Made by a program: the position numbers and the translations under genes
Notes under the pieces: model-generated
The model's input: only the letters and a program-made list of their open reading frames with translations
Databases searched by the model: none
Told to the model about the DNA's origin: nothing
In this document: one piece after another, positions 36,853-50,489 of the stretch
Layout: every line of letters begins with the position of its first letter
Position numbering within the stretch: the stretch's first letter is position 1
Assembly: GCA_030704615.1 (NCBI GenBank)
Contig: CM060731.1
Coordinates: 15,562,001 to 15,626,000, forward strand
Origin: Takakia lepidozioides
Taxonomy: Eukaryota; Plantae; Bryophyta
Length of the DNA: 64,000 nt
Reading direction: 5' to 3'

Positions 36853-39763
36853 CATGCGAATGAGTGGTCTGAGGCCAGAGTACCGGCCTGATGGACTCAT
36901 GGCTGGTTTGGGACTTCCCCGTTGCAGCACAGGAACTCTGAGAGTGAACCCGAGATGGGTTGGGGTTCTGGGAGAGGGGATGGGCGTCTGGATGCAATAG
37001 ATTATGCCCGGGGTATGCCTGGTTGCAGGTCCTCATTTGATGATGTCTGGGATCTTCCAGACGAAGATATTCTTCCAAGAGACCCAAAGCGAATGCGTGT
37101 ATATCCAGGAGGGGAGGCCAAAACACCTCGGTTTGATGTAATCTATGGGCTTGGACATCGCGGTGGTGACATTTATACTGGAATAGGTCTTGATGGCCTT
37201 GGAACCACCCGAGGGCCAATTAATGCAGACTACAATCAGGGAAAGGGACCCAGGTATCACGGTGGAGTATCTGTAATTCGTCCTTATCTGTCACCTGATT
37301 CTGCCCTTCCATCCACCGTGAGTCAAGTACCTGCACCCAACTTGGGTCCTGCTAATCCTGGTTATGCGAAGCGTGAGGTTTCAGTGGAGATAGCGGGGCA
37401 ACCGCTAAGTGGCATGGCATCATAGCCAAAGGTGGCACACCTGTTTGCCGTGCCTGCTGCCTGCCTGTCAGCAAAGGCATTGATGTGACTATGTAAGTGT
37501 GCTTTCAACTCAGCTTCCTGCCCATCTTCCCCCTAGATTTGTGTTAATGGCAGTCAACAGTGAACATTCCCTCCAGTATGTGTGTTAGCGGTTGTTTCAT
37601 GGTTTCATTCAGGCTTCTTGCATGTCGAGCACCTTCGAGTGGATTACGGTACCATGTTGTATGTTCTACCACACCATCCGGTGGAACTTCTAATTACAAG
37701 CATCTACAGATATAGTGTAGTGGGTGGTTTGGAAGATAAAGAGTCATTGTCATTTCTCTCAGTGTTCTTGTATCAGCCACTTATCTCATCATTATACTTA
37801 CACCTGTCTGTTTGACTGCGTGTTTACAACGTAATACAAGCTCATCATTGCCATCTGAATCAGTTTTCTTGCGTCAGCCAGCCCTTTTCCCCATCCTTAT
37901 GATTACAGAGACCCGGAAAGTGGGTTGACTGTGTGGCTGCTTGTTTTCATGTCGCAGCCCGGACGTGGTGAATTGCACAGCACGGACTGACCTCGACATG
38001 TTGGCAAAGCATGTATTTCAGGCAGGTGACTTTGGTGTGGTCTTTTTTGTGCCTGAGGGTGATGCTGATGTTCCTCCATACCAAGAGTTCATGAACTATA
38101 TTGGAGAGAAGCACCGCGCCGGTGTTGCTAAACTGGCAGATGGTACAACCCTTTTTCTGGTTCCTCCTTCAGAGGTCTCTGAACGAATCCTGAATATCCA
38201 TGGTCAGAATTGCTTGTTCGGAGTTGTATTGAAGTTCCAGCAGCCTGTCTCTACAGCAGGTTACAACCCACCACAGCAGCAAGCTCCTCCTCTGCCACAA
38301 CACCCTCCCCCTTTCGCTCAACAACAGCAATCACCGGCCCAGCATGTGCCACTACATGACTCACCCTATTCCCAACATTGTGGGCCCATGATGCCCTGCT
38401 CTCATCCCCAAGAGCCTGGTGGGCGTCAGGGATCCTCGAAACTGCCACCTCATCAAGGACAGCAGCTGCAAACAGGGCAAGTTACAAATGGGACTGACTT
38501 GATTTCTACACAGTCAAGACACTCACAGCTAGCAAACATTGCAGGACTCCCTGGCCTATTGACACCTGAGCTTATCGCATCTCTCCCAGCATTGCTGCCT
38601 CAGCACAGTCAATTGTCATCCAGTGCTGATATCAACTCAGCAGCACCATCGGTCTCTGGCAGTTTGAATGTACTTTCTGTAAACAGCAGTATGGCTGCGG
38701 GGAGTGCACCTATGAGCAGGGATCCAGCTGTGTTAGGAGCTTCTCCACTACAAGGTGATACGAGACCAATCTATCAACTCCCCTCACAGAACAATCCTCC
38801 ATCTGCCCAAGGATGGCCGCCCACTCAGAGCACCCGGTATGACCAACAACCCATGTTGGGTGTTTTTCACTCTCAAGGTCCAGACCAGGGTTCTGTTTTT
38901 CCACATGCACCATCTCCTGCTCAGCAACAGCAACAGCAACAGCCACAACAACCACACAGCAACAACAAAGCTACCAAATGCAGGAAAATCTTCCATCCCA
39001 TGGATCTGGTGTACCATTGCCAGCCTCAGCTACCCTTCCTGGCCAGGGCCTTCCGTTTTCTGGACCACCCCAATTGCAACAAGGATTCATGGGTGTTCTG
39101 GGCTTTAATGGGCAACAGTTTCTGCCCCCACCACAAATTACCAGGCCACCCCAGCAGCCAGTGGGGGTCCGAACACAGTCACAGGCTGAGCAGCTGACGC
39201 AGCTAACAGCATTGCTGACTCAGCGGCAGCAGCAGTCAGCTCAGCAAAAGGCTTCCACACAGATATTGCAACAGCATTACCAACAGCAGCCTTTTCTTAG
39301 TCAACCATCACCTTCCGCTCTCCCCTCTCACCAACATTCCCAGCAGTCACAACAAGCTTCGACTCACCAACCTCAACCATTGCCACTGCAGCAGCCACAG
39401 CCATAGCAAGCTTTCACCCAGCATCCGCAGACACCAAACTATGGGCAGTTCTCTCTGCCTCATTGGGGTCAGGGTCTTCCTCTCCAGCCACGAACACAGC
39501 CACCACCTCAGTTCCCCTCGCAGCCACAGTCACTTCCACAGCTGCAGCAGCAACATCGAACTCCCTCACACTTCCATGTGGGCAGCTGGGATAGTGGGGC
39601 ATCCCAGGAAGGGGCTGCCCCAGATTCTAGTCAAGCACAGGAAGCAGGTGAGCCAGATGGGCAAAAGACACGGTTCCAGGCAACATTGCAGCTGGCGGCT
39701 GCACTCTTGCAGCAGATGCAGCAGCAGCAGGAACAGTCCCAGGCAGGTGCTGCACAGCGATAG
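36853..39763 (+). pseudogene. FPA: FPA-like (Spen family, SPOC domain) gene, 3' part only and disrupted; intron 37493-37957
   Basis: WHGIIAKGGTPVCRA | PDVVNCTARTDLDMLAKH...YQEFMNYIGEKHRAGVAKL...TTLFLVPPS; Q/P-rich tail; C-terminal RFQATLQLAAALLQQMQQ. Frameshifts near 36920, 37405 and 38955, stop at 39404; no RRM exons seen. Confidence 0.85.
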
Positions 39764-42700
39764 CGAGTGGGGTGTGATGGATTCTGAAGGCTTCGTTGGC
39801 CAGGTGTGTCTTGTCATCATTTCTTGTTGCTGTCAGTTCCAGTTTCACACCTGCATTCCATGTTTGCAAATGTGTGGGACATAGGCCTCCAGGGAGCAGC
39901 CTGGACAGGCATAAGCTCTTAGTTGTGCAGGGGTCCTGCAAGCTCAACATTTACCCCTCCACAGTAATTAAATGCTCAGCCAACTTAACAAGCATCCTGG
40001 GCTCTCTTGCTTTGTCACTAATTCGATAAATGTAGTGGGACCTTGGGCATGCTTCCTGTTGAGACATGGCCGTGCTACTTTGAACAAGTTGGCCTTGAAG
40101 ATTGTCCCCAGACACCGGAGCTTAATCCATACCCTCATCATACGAGAGAATTCATCAAAATCTGCAGTCCACAGAGGAGACCTATTATCAAGGTCTCAGT
40201 AAACTGGAATAGTGAAGTCGAACTTTTCTTCTTGACAAGAGTTACCCAACTAAAATGCACTCATCAATTACTCAACATCTTAGTTTCTTTCGGTCTCAGA
40301 TTGTACCCTACTTCTCTGGACCCAGAAATGCTGTAGGCAAGTAAAGCAACCCCTTCAATTCTTTGCCCATCCATAAATGGGTGACAACTGGATTCATTTC
40401 TCTATCCTTGTTGGATGCACCATGGGACATGCTCACAAAATGTGGAGTCTTGATTGTCACCCTTCCGGTATCTTAGCACGTTTTCCCACTCTACACAGAA
40501 ACTCCTGTTGGAAACTGACAGTAAATATCTGGTGGAATTTCCGGCGGAGGCGTAGAGTGGTAGCCAAAATATGTTTAGTGGGTCAATCCTCCAAGAACCT
40601 GGTGGGCGCCATTACGCACCAAACTGGGTGCAGATATCTCAAGGCGTCTGCTGGCTTTACAAGAAAATGCATGCCACAGTTTCAGTTGGGGTACGAAAAG
40701 CTTGTTCAATTACTGGCACATTTCAAGTCCCTAATTTGAAAGTGTACATTGCAATAACTCACCTTAAGCTTGTATTGGTTTATCTTTACCTTGTGAGCGC
40801 TCAAGTTGCTGCTCTGAAGAAGGCTGGACATTAAACTTCCTGTACTTCCTCTTTGGATTTACAGGGTGATGTTTCTAACCAACACCAGGGCGGAGAGGTG
40901 GTCGGACTTAAGAAGCCCATCACTAGCAACCGCCATTACTGAAACACCAACTGAGAACCATAATATTGACATACAGCATGTAAGAAAAGCTACAGTTACA
41001 TGCAGGGACAGTGAGAGAGACTAACTGATGTGCATGTTGGCAACGTTTGGCATGTAACCTGCTGGCATGACTTGCTCCCATTTCTCCTTGGCTGGTATAC
41101 TGCCAAGCTGAATGAGACGAGTCAAGTTTCTCTCTGCCCTGTAGAGTTCTCTCATGGCAAGTTCTAAATGTTTTGTTCGCAGGTAAGTTTGTACTTGATA
41201 GGGAACTCATGCAACTTTTTCATGCGTGCAGTACATACATGTGAGCATATTCCCTTGACCCCCATGCAGACACCAAAGGGGGGAAAGGGTTGATGCTGTG
41301 TCCTTCTTTTGCAAACAAGGAAGAAAGCCCAGCATTTTACCCTCCCTTCACATCAGACCGCATGTGGTGACATTGACTGCCCAACTCAACTTACTTACAC
41401 GAGCACTCAGGTTACAGTTTAGTGGTTACATGCTCACTCCCTCAACTTGAGAAGATAGAATTGAGAAGATAGAACTGTTTCAGTATTGTTGATAGTGCAA
41501 GTTTTAGTACATATCGTGTAACACAATGGATCACAGTATCCTTAGCTTATAGAATGCATGTGGTTGGTGAGCTCTCATTATCAAAGGAGCCATGAGACGA
41601 AAAGGTCAAAATTTGTCATAATGCCAAAAAATTTGGACAAGGCACCATGAAATGTTATTGTGCACTGACTTACCAAAGGAATTGGAAAACAAATGTCACC
41701 TCGCGGGTGTACTTGGGAAAGAAGCCAAAACAAGATAATTTATCCCCAGATTTCACATACAAAGCAGCCTATCTGAATTTTTGGAATTTTGGTCTGATTT
41801 TTTGGGGAGGCAGTAGTTTAGGTGTCATATAGTCAGATTATGGAGGGCCTTTGTCTAGAAAGATTCAACTCAATACTTCAATTTTGTGGTCAAACAATTT
41901 TTTCCATGCAATTTTTGAATATGTTTACAAATTGGGACATATTAGTTTGTTATAATCTATCGAATGCAACGGTCAATTTGCCTATATTTTTGACAGGACA
42001 TGGATCTAGTAGATATGCACAGAAGTATAAGGTTCATCCCCATGGATGAATGGGGGTAAGAAGTTACACCCTCGTCCATAAGGGGATGCACCCTTTTTTA
42101 GTGGGCCCACCAGGAAATCGCTCGACCTTTAAGGGTTAAGGTTAATTATATACTATATATCATTCATGCATTATGTTGTGGCCTCATGGTGGTTGTGTTT
42201 TTCGGATAGAGACCCGAGTTGACATGGATTTCGACTTTTATAAAAATTAAAGTTAATATCTGTAAGACATCTATAAATTGCTTTAAGTTGAAAACCAAAC
42301 CGGTTGCCTGATTCAACCAAGGTGGTAAAATCCGGACCCAACGGGTTCCCCTCCACACACACACACAACACCAACCGGAGTTACCGTAAATAAGAGCCCT
42401 CTTTCCTTGGCGGATATTGTCCCCTTTCGAGGGTGGGCTCTATCATCGCAACATCTTAATCGCTCATAGTATGCAGTTGAATTGGTCTCAGTGTTAAAGA
42501 CTGAAAATGGTGAGACCTCTAATTTTGAGTGGATGAGTATAGTTATGTACAAGTTCAGTCGCAATATTCAAAGCCTAATTATATGTACCCATCAAGATGA
42601 ACATCCATTTTTTCAAACAATTTATATATAAATGAGTGCACATGATTATCATAGCTCACGCTATGCGATCTAAACCCTTAAAACCCTGCAAAGAGGACCA

Positions 42701-42825
42701 AGGTCTGATTCATCTACCTTTCGCTTCGCCTGCATCCTAGCAGCTTAAACGTTTGACCACTTGACATGTTTATGTTCATTGTTAATTTGGTTAGTGCCAA
42801 CTTCTAAGGTTTTGGATTGCAAATT

Positions 42826-43370
42826 GAAAAAAGACCACATGCTAACTGTCAAGAGGTTATGGCTCTTAATTGGTTGATCAAACTTTATGAAGACTGCATT
42901 GGCGGTGTAGAGTATATGGGACACCTAAGATAATCATCATATTTTCATAAACGTTTTAACTGACAATTTTTTAGTATATAACAAGCAAGATGTTGTCAAC
43001 ATGCCCCCACTTTATTCAACTATTGGGATGACGGCTTTGATACGAACTAATACTTATGGCAATCTTAGTCCTATATGTATGACACAAAACAAGGTTCCCA
43101 AAAAAGAAGAAAAAGAAAAAACTCTCAATCGTATACAACACATGAGAACTTTTAATTATATATATACATGAAGTAATTTATTATAAGATGGCGGTTTCAA
43201 TAAGGTCACACTACTAATCAATATAATGTGCTCGCACTTCATATATGATTCTAATTGTACAACCTCAACGACACATTAAAAATATCAAGATCTTCATTCC
43301 AATTTGAATGATATGATGTATACTTACAATGAGTAGAAGAAATATTGATAACAACTCATATACAATCAAT
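42826..43370 (+). pseudogene. Highly degenerate SNF2/ISWI-type ATPase N-lobe fragment
   Basis: QEVMALNWLIKLYEDCIGGVEYMG resembles ISWI [26 protein letters not shown]; weaker collinear traces APTLFNYW, HIKN and ILITTHIQ. Confidence 0.4.
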
Positions 43371-43486
43371 GTTGATTATGATCTTGAGTGGCGCAATCCC
43401 ATGGGAATAAAAGTGACAAGTCTAGAGTCATTAATTGATTATGGGTTTTTTGTATCATTTATATCCAAATTGCAACTAGTCACAAC

Positions 43487-44054
43487 CACTGTTGGACTGG
43501 TATCGTATTTTGAACACACCACGCTGGTACTGGTATATAGGCCTCTGGCCAATTGTATTACCAGGGAGGTACTAGTATTGGCAAAAATCTGAGATTTGAA
43601 TACCATGGTGGTATCAATAATACCTGATTGGTGTGGTGTTTCACGGATATCAATAGCAAGAGTTTTTAGAAATCGATACCAGGGTATTGTCAATACTGGT
43701 CTGGTATAAAAAAAACTCATGATATGTTAAATATTGAAAAGCCCACTTCTCATATAAATGTGTACAAGCATGCTTCATTGATTTTATTCCTTAAAGTATT
43801 CCTCAAGTTCCTCCAAGTATTGATACCTAGGTTTTCCTCACAAATTAGATATGGTACTGGTATTAGGTACCAGATTTTCAACCACCTACTAGACTGGTAG
43901 GGTATCATCCACAGTATTAGGAAGCATATACCAGGCCAATACCGGTATATGCTAGGGAGTAGCCTGAGGTGATACCAGACTGGTCTCGTACTTCATACCA
44001 ATATACATACCAATATTGATACCAGTTTCTTATCGGTATACCAGTCCAACACTG
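43487..44054. mobile_element. hAT-type MITE (568 bp)
   Basis: TIRs CACTGTTGGACTGGTAT / ATACCAGTCCAACACTG; perfect 8-bp TSD GTCACAAC at 43479-43486 and 44055-44062; internal TGGTAT/ATACCA subterminal motifs. Confidence 0.92.
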
Positions 44055-45002
44055 GTCACAACCCAGCTCAATGATATTAAATATATGTGATATTGATTGC
44101 AGTTTGATGTATAAGTTGGAGTTCTCATGTTGTGCGCCAATTTGGCGAGAGATATGACATTGGACTAGCCATATGAACATGAACTGGAGAAACAATGATG
44201 TATCAATCGAATGGTTTCAATTGATACAATCCATTCCATTTGTATCGATTGAGCTCCAAAATGGAATGGTTTCAATATGAATTGACCAAGAGAAGGAAGT
44301 GAAAAATAAAATAAAATATAGATAAATAAAAATATTAAAAAAGAAACTAGAAGGAATGGGTGCAAGGTCTGAAAGAGCACAATTGAAAAGACATTATCTA
44401 AATGCTTTTATTAGTATTCCGGAAGTCAAGAGAGAGAGGTAGTATAGAAGAAGTTTAATACATATTCTTAACAAATATTAATCAGCCCAATGAACATTGA
44501 AGATAATGCAAGATGTATCAATATTTGTAGCTAATTACTAATAAAATCTTCCATCATTTTCAATAGAGCATAAAGATCCCTACTAAGAAGGGAGAAAAAA
44601 CAGCAAAATAATGGACATCCAAATTATTTGAAAGGGTACGACCATTATGAAACAAACAAAAACACCTTAGAGATGGTGAATATGTGAAAATCTATATTCT
44701 CTATCAAACAAAGCAGAAGCTTTTATTTGCTAATAGAAGAAGAAAAAACTCACCCCCAAAATATATTTAAAGGAGTCGGAAGCAAGGAGGGTACTAAGAC
44801 TCACAAACTATAAATCAGAAATCAGAAATATATATATGACATAGGATCTTCTAATTACATGGTGGGCAAACATATTTTAAGGTATTGTATTACATTCAAC
44901 ATATATATCCAACATGTAGAACTCCATGAGGATCAAGATATGTCAAAAAGAGTTATTATAATTGCTTATAACTAGCAAATAAAATCGCGCAACATAGGTA
45001 GT

Positions 45003-45629
45003 ATGCCAACAAAGAAATATGCTCAAGGGATAAAAAAAAAAGAGGGTCCATTGGCTACTAGCCAAGGTAAGGTTGACATGAACTATCTTCGGAAAGAATT
45101 TACTCGAGCAGTTAGTGCTACAATTGATGCCAAGCTTTTTGGAAATCACCGACTCTTGCAGGAAGAACCGGATATAAACCTCAACTTTGCTAAAATCAAA
45201 TGTAAATGCAAGGTCAGAGGTAGAGAAACATGTTCAATCACATGCCCTTGTTATATAACAAGGAGAATGTGTGGGCTAGAATGCAATTGTCATGGATTTG
45301 CTGTAACAGTTTTGTCACTATGCCCTAAGTTGGCCATTCGTGATGGTGCGCTTGGAGAGGAGCTCTACACCCTAGAGGATCTTCCGAAACATAAATTGGC
45401 TTTTGTAGTGTGTGGGTACATTATGACAGAAGCCGAGTTCCACCACGCACTAGAACAGGATGGAACTCTATGTGTTCATCGCTATGCAATTATAGTCTCT
45501 TGGCCAAGCTTCAACAATGGTCGTTTGGGTGAGCTTGAAAAGGTCAAATATGTGGTTGACACGTCCAAGCATAGCACAGGAAAGGCGAATCACAGTTGTG
45601 AGCCTAATATAATGGTTAGAGCATGGTAA
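45003..45629 (+). pseudogene. Divergent Cys-rich pre-SET plus SET-domain (lysine methyltransferase-like) ORF or exon
   Basis: CKC...CSITCPC...CGLECNC, then GEELYTLEDLP, GYIMT, YVVD and NHSCEPN; possible GTAAG donor at ~45626; possible C-terminal remnant (AEYNDTYFRGFC) at ~45943-45980. Confidence 0.7.
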
Positions 45630-47101
45630 GATTAATCTTCAAAAGGCCGAAACACATAGAAGATTTGCTCACCATAGAGTCAATGCATCCAAAATAACCA
45701 TACCACCAACCGAATTCACATTACAAAATAGCAATCACAATCACAATCAATTCTGATGCAGTTTATGAAGCTTATATTGAGAGACATTGGGCAATCTAAC
45801 CATCATATTCCTTCACTTGTTTGAACCCCTAAGATAAGTATCATTATACTTAGCTTGTTGTGTGCATAGTGGGCATCACAAGTTGATTTATTAGTGGCAA
45901 TGCATTGTCGGCAAACAGTGGCCTTTGATATGCACAAAACAAGCTGAGTATAATGACACTTACTTTAGGGGGTTCTGTAAACAAGTGAAGGTTTTAATGA
46001 ATATGGTGGTTAGATTGCTACTAGACATATCAATGAGACACCCCACAATTAGGGCATATTTAGACCCACACCTTGGCTCAGTGTATAGACCCGTGATAAA
46101 AGCCATGGAATGTGCCAGGTGTGAGATGGCAGAGCCGTGGAAAAAGCCGGTTTCTCTTCTAGTGCCACCTGCCTACAACATTGGGGAGAGTTCTAGAACG
46201 TAAGGTGAAAATGTGGCATTGTGGTAGAGGTTGCACCATCTATAAATCAATGGAGTCTGTACATGCTGAACTCAAATATGTATTGAAAATGATGGTGAGA
46301 AAGGTTTTCATGGCGTGCTCAAGCGCATTGCACATTATGTGTGGAGATTTCCACATGTATACCGTATCATGTTGATATTGTAATTTTTTTGTACGAAATT
46401 AAGTTTCTAATAAGACCTCTTTTCTATCAATTCCAGATGTTCTATCATTCTGTTATAATTTTCTCAAATAGATGAGGTTAAAGCATTGGAAGAGGGTCGG
46501 AAGCCTTCTTTGAGCACATTTAAGGGCAATCATCAAATGACACTTATAAATGGAGAACACTAGAAATAATATGAAAACTCAATGAACATGTGCAAACTCT
46601 GATAATACGGTTTGCCCGTTTTTAGCATGTTAAATCTTCCGTACCCCTCTCGAGAGTGACATAGAACTGAAGACAGTTTCATTTCAATCGGTGTGACACG
46701 AGAGTGTAACTCCACTTGGTGTAATTCCCACTTGGTCTCGAAATTTGATCAAGTCCAAATTTGGCTAAATATAAAATGAAAAGATTTGACAGGGGGCGAT
46801 TGGAGGAGTCCACTCTGCCTGAATTTGATGAAAGTACCAAGATTGCACATGTGCATTAAGTTTTTACAATAGTCTTATTGTTTTCCTTATATTTCCCAAC
46901 ACCTAATCATGTCATATGATAGAGTGGTCATCTTCACAATTGTTCTACAAAAGATAATTATCATGTTTATATACTCCCTGGCAAGTCCCCACTCTCGAAT
47001 GATCATGCCCTACCAACATGCACCATATGCAGTTTGTCACTAATACAGTGGAAGTTTTTTAAATAATGAAAGCCAAAAGAAGAAGAGCCAGTCATAGTCC
47101 A

Positions 47102-47302
47102 CGTAACTAAGAGCCACTTTGTCTTTTGGCTACCATTCCCTTTCGGGGGTGGGCCCTAGGTCAAAGAATATATATACTAATGTGTAGGTATATATTCTAG
47201 CTTACGCCATTTATTCCTCATAATAGTTCTAAGTTGAAATGATCGAATAGCAAGAAGTTGAATATTTTCAAATCGTAAGGTGAGATTGTGATGGAGGGAT
47301 TT

Positions 47303-47343
<41 letters not shown>

Positions 47344-47406
47344 AGCCGGCGTAATTAAGAGCCACTTGCCTTGCGGCTATTGCCCCCTTTCAGGGGTGGG
47401 CCCTAT
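47102..47406. repeat. Two copies (47102-47159, 47350-47406) of a ~58-bp structured motif also present at 42385-42443, around a (GA)n microsatellite (47310-47339)
   Basis: Consensus CGTAAnTAAGAGCCnCTT...CCCTTTCnnGGGTGGGCnCTA seen three times. Confidence 0.8.
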
Positions 47407-50400
47407 ATGATATATGTAATATGTATGTATCCATCCCAAACCCCTTGATCAGTAATGATTGTGAGAGGTTTGACATGTTAGCTAACTTGATGTATAATAA
47501 GGAATAGTGAATTGTATTTTTCTCGCTTGCTTGTGTTGAATTTCGATCATGTCAATATTATTCAATAAACTAGATGGCGATTCTGCAAGTTAGAGTCGAG
47601 AGTGATTGTCAAGCTAGATTAGATGGATCGGTGTGAAGAAGACTATTTGAACATAGCTTTGCAGAGGCATGCATGATGATTGAGGTTATAACTGCAAAGA
47701 AGCAGTTATGTTGGGGTGGTGTGATATGAGGGTCTAATCGATGTTTGCAGTGATAAGGGAGTACATGCCATATTGCTCAGCTGTGATAAATAGTTGGGAA
47801 GCTGTGGATGCTAGACTGTTGGTACTGTCCAAGGAGGTGAGATGTTGCGTGCTAATGGGTCATGAGAAAAGTAAAACAAGCAAAAGAATGAGGGGTATAG
47901 AGGTGGCTAGAAGATATATAGTTTATGTTACTTTCCATGTATTGGGCGTAATATCGAAAGCAATGAGTTTGTCCGATTTGTATATTCGTAGTAATTTCGG
48001 TGGTTTAGAACTTGTCAAGGTATTTTACCACTAGTGTGAAGTTAGCTAGGAAATAGCTAGCTTTTATATATTGACATTTGGGATTGAACCAAGTGTCAAT
48101 CTAGGGGCCAATATATGTTTGGGCACCTGGCGTTGTTATCTTCAGGGCAGATCGCGGTAGGCTCATCTTTCTCGAGTTGAACCTCACCGCGTCTAGCTAT
48201 GGCGCCGTAGTGTGGATTCCCCATGGCGTGGGGTGCACTTGGCTCGACATAATATATAAGTGATGTTTTCATGTGCAAGTATGTGATTTTGAGAGAGCTT
48301 GCGTGCTTGCATCATCTCTTTCTTTATCACTCGAGAAAGATGAGCTCGAGTCTGTGAGTGCCAGGTTCGAGTTAGTTGTAGCACTTGTGTTTTCAGATCA
48401 TGAAAAACGGTTCAGCCTAGAGTGCAGGGATTCGTGCATGATCCTATCCAAAGCGGATAGAGTGCAAAGGCGAACATGTTGCAGGTTTGTAATGGATAGA
48501 GAGGCGGTCAGTGTTGCATAGCTCACCGCTATGGCAACCAAGTTTGGGCTTCTAGTGTGAAGCGGAGGAGATGTTGGCCACGAGTGGGCGAACTGGTGGT
48601 CGTCTACTTCAGTTGCAGGCCGAGTTGAGGAGCTGCAAGAATGTGGGCTACGCATGGGAAGCTAGCATGTTGCAGGTTCGAGATGATATGATCAGCTCCA
48701 AGTATTTCTGCCCGAAACTAGTTGTTGCGGGTAGATGAGGAGCAGCCGAATAGTGGAGCTGCGAGGGGATGCATCGCAGTCTGTTGGGAGCTTCAGCTCC
48801 AAGCTCATGAAGAGGTATAAGTGAAGAGAGGGGGCTGGTCCCTCTTGTGTGCAAATCAGTGCACTTGTGAAGCATGGGCTGAGTTGGAGTTTCAATCTGA
48901 AACTCAGTAGTGTAAGGGCTCTTAGAGAGGCAAGAGTGGGGCTGGAAGGGCAGCAACGAGGCACCCTAGAGCCAGGGGATATGCATGAGAAGTGCAGGTG
49001 CACCAAGTTTGTAAATGTGTGTATTTTCAGATTCGTTTTTGTGAGCTTCATGAAGAAATAGAGCTTGTTGGGCAGCATATAGCTTGCTTGTTGAGTTGGG
49101 GGTACTTCTAGTGGGCCGTGAGAGCTTATGAGTGTAGGGCGATGGGGCTGATGGCTCCGCAGAAGCCATAGCTCAGCGGCAGCAGGTGCAGGAGCAAACC
49201 CCAGTTCGGGGAGAGCTCGGGAATGCGTGGGAACGGCCCGGGAGCGATCGGGAACGCATGGGAACTTGTGTGGAGTTCCTGGGAATGCAGGGAACTGTTG
49301 ACCGTGACCGTTGACCATGACCGTGGGAAGCCGTGGTGCGGACACCACGGGTGGGCATGGTGACCAGATCATGGGGATGGCGGGCCGTGAAGGCTCATGG
49401 GCGTGGTACCACGGGGTATCACGGGGCAGCCCGTGGCCAACAAGCGCCTAGGGCGGGCCGTGAGGAGTCGTGGCGGTTGGAGCCACGGAAGGCCGCGAAC
49501 AGGCAGAGTGGGAAAAAAAAAACAAAAACAAAAACTCGTTTCTCGTTTCGTGGGACCTTGATGGAGAGGCTGGGCTATGAAGAACAACGGTTTTGAGCTA
49601 GCTGATCCGGCAGAAAAGTCGGAATTGCCTCCCTGTTGCATTTTAACAAAATGGATTACTTCCCTGCAGGTAATCTTTTTCGGGTTTTCAGCCCAATTCT
49701 TAACTATGGGGGAGACCAGCCTGCAGGTAATTCCTTTGGACAGAATGTTGTTGGGCCTATATGTACCTCTATTTGCTCCATTTTTTAACCTTCAGTGAAT
49801 GGCGTGGTTTCTTGAGGTGGTTCCATTATGAGGAATGGCTAGTGGACGTAAGGAGGCACTGGCGGACCCTGTGGAGGCTTCCATGGGGCCTTGGAGGCCA
49901 AGTTTCATGAGCTCGTGGAGGGCGGTTTGAGGGGTGTCTACAGGATGCTCTCATGGTCATGCAAGTGAGAGAAGAGAGGAAAAAAGAGGGTGTTGGGATG
50001 AGAGCGTGCTGGGGATAGGCGTTGCTTTAGCTTCCATTCCGAGACCTTTCCGTAGGTGGAGGCAAGAGTCAGTCCGGGTTTGGGCTGGGGTGTCCTTGCA
50101 GGAGCGACACTGTGGAGTTGTTTTTGGTGTGGGGGAGTTGTTGTTTTCATTCTTGTGTTTGGATCCCCTCCACACCTGCATGCTTGATTGTGCGCCATGC
50201 TAGTTTTGTGTGGGCGCTTGATTTTATTTGTGGTGGACTCGGGCTTGATCGCCGATCCCTGTCGATGGTGAGGCTAGGTTGATGACCAGTCAGACCATCT
50301 TTGTTTCTCTTGTGGTAAGGTTGGAGGTGATGACCAGCCAACCATAGGAGTGTCTGCGGTGGATGCGGCTGCAGGTGCAGGCTATGTTAGTAACCTAGTA

Positions 50401-50489
50401 TTCCAAACCATAAGCCGCAACAGGTTCTCTACCCGATTACCTTGTGGAGAGGGGGTACGTTAGAGACAGGTTCATGACCGGTTTGTCAG

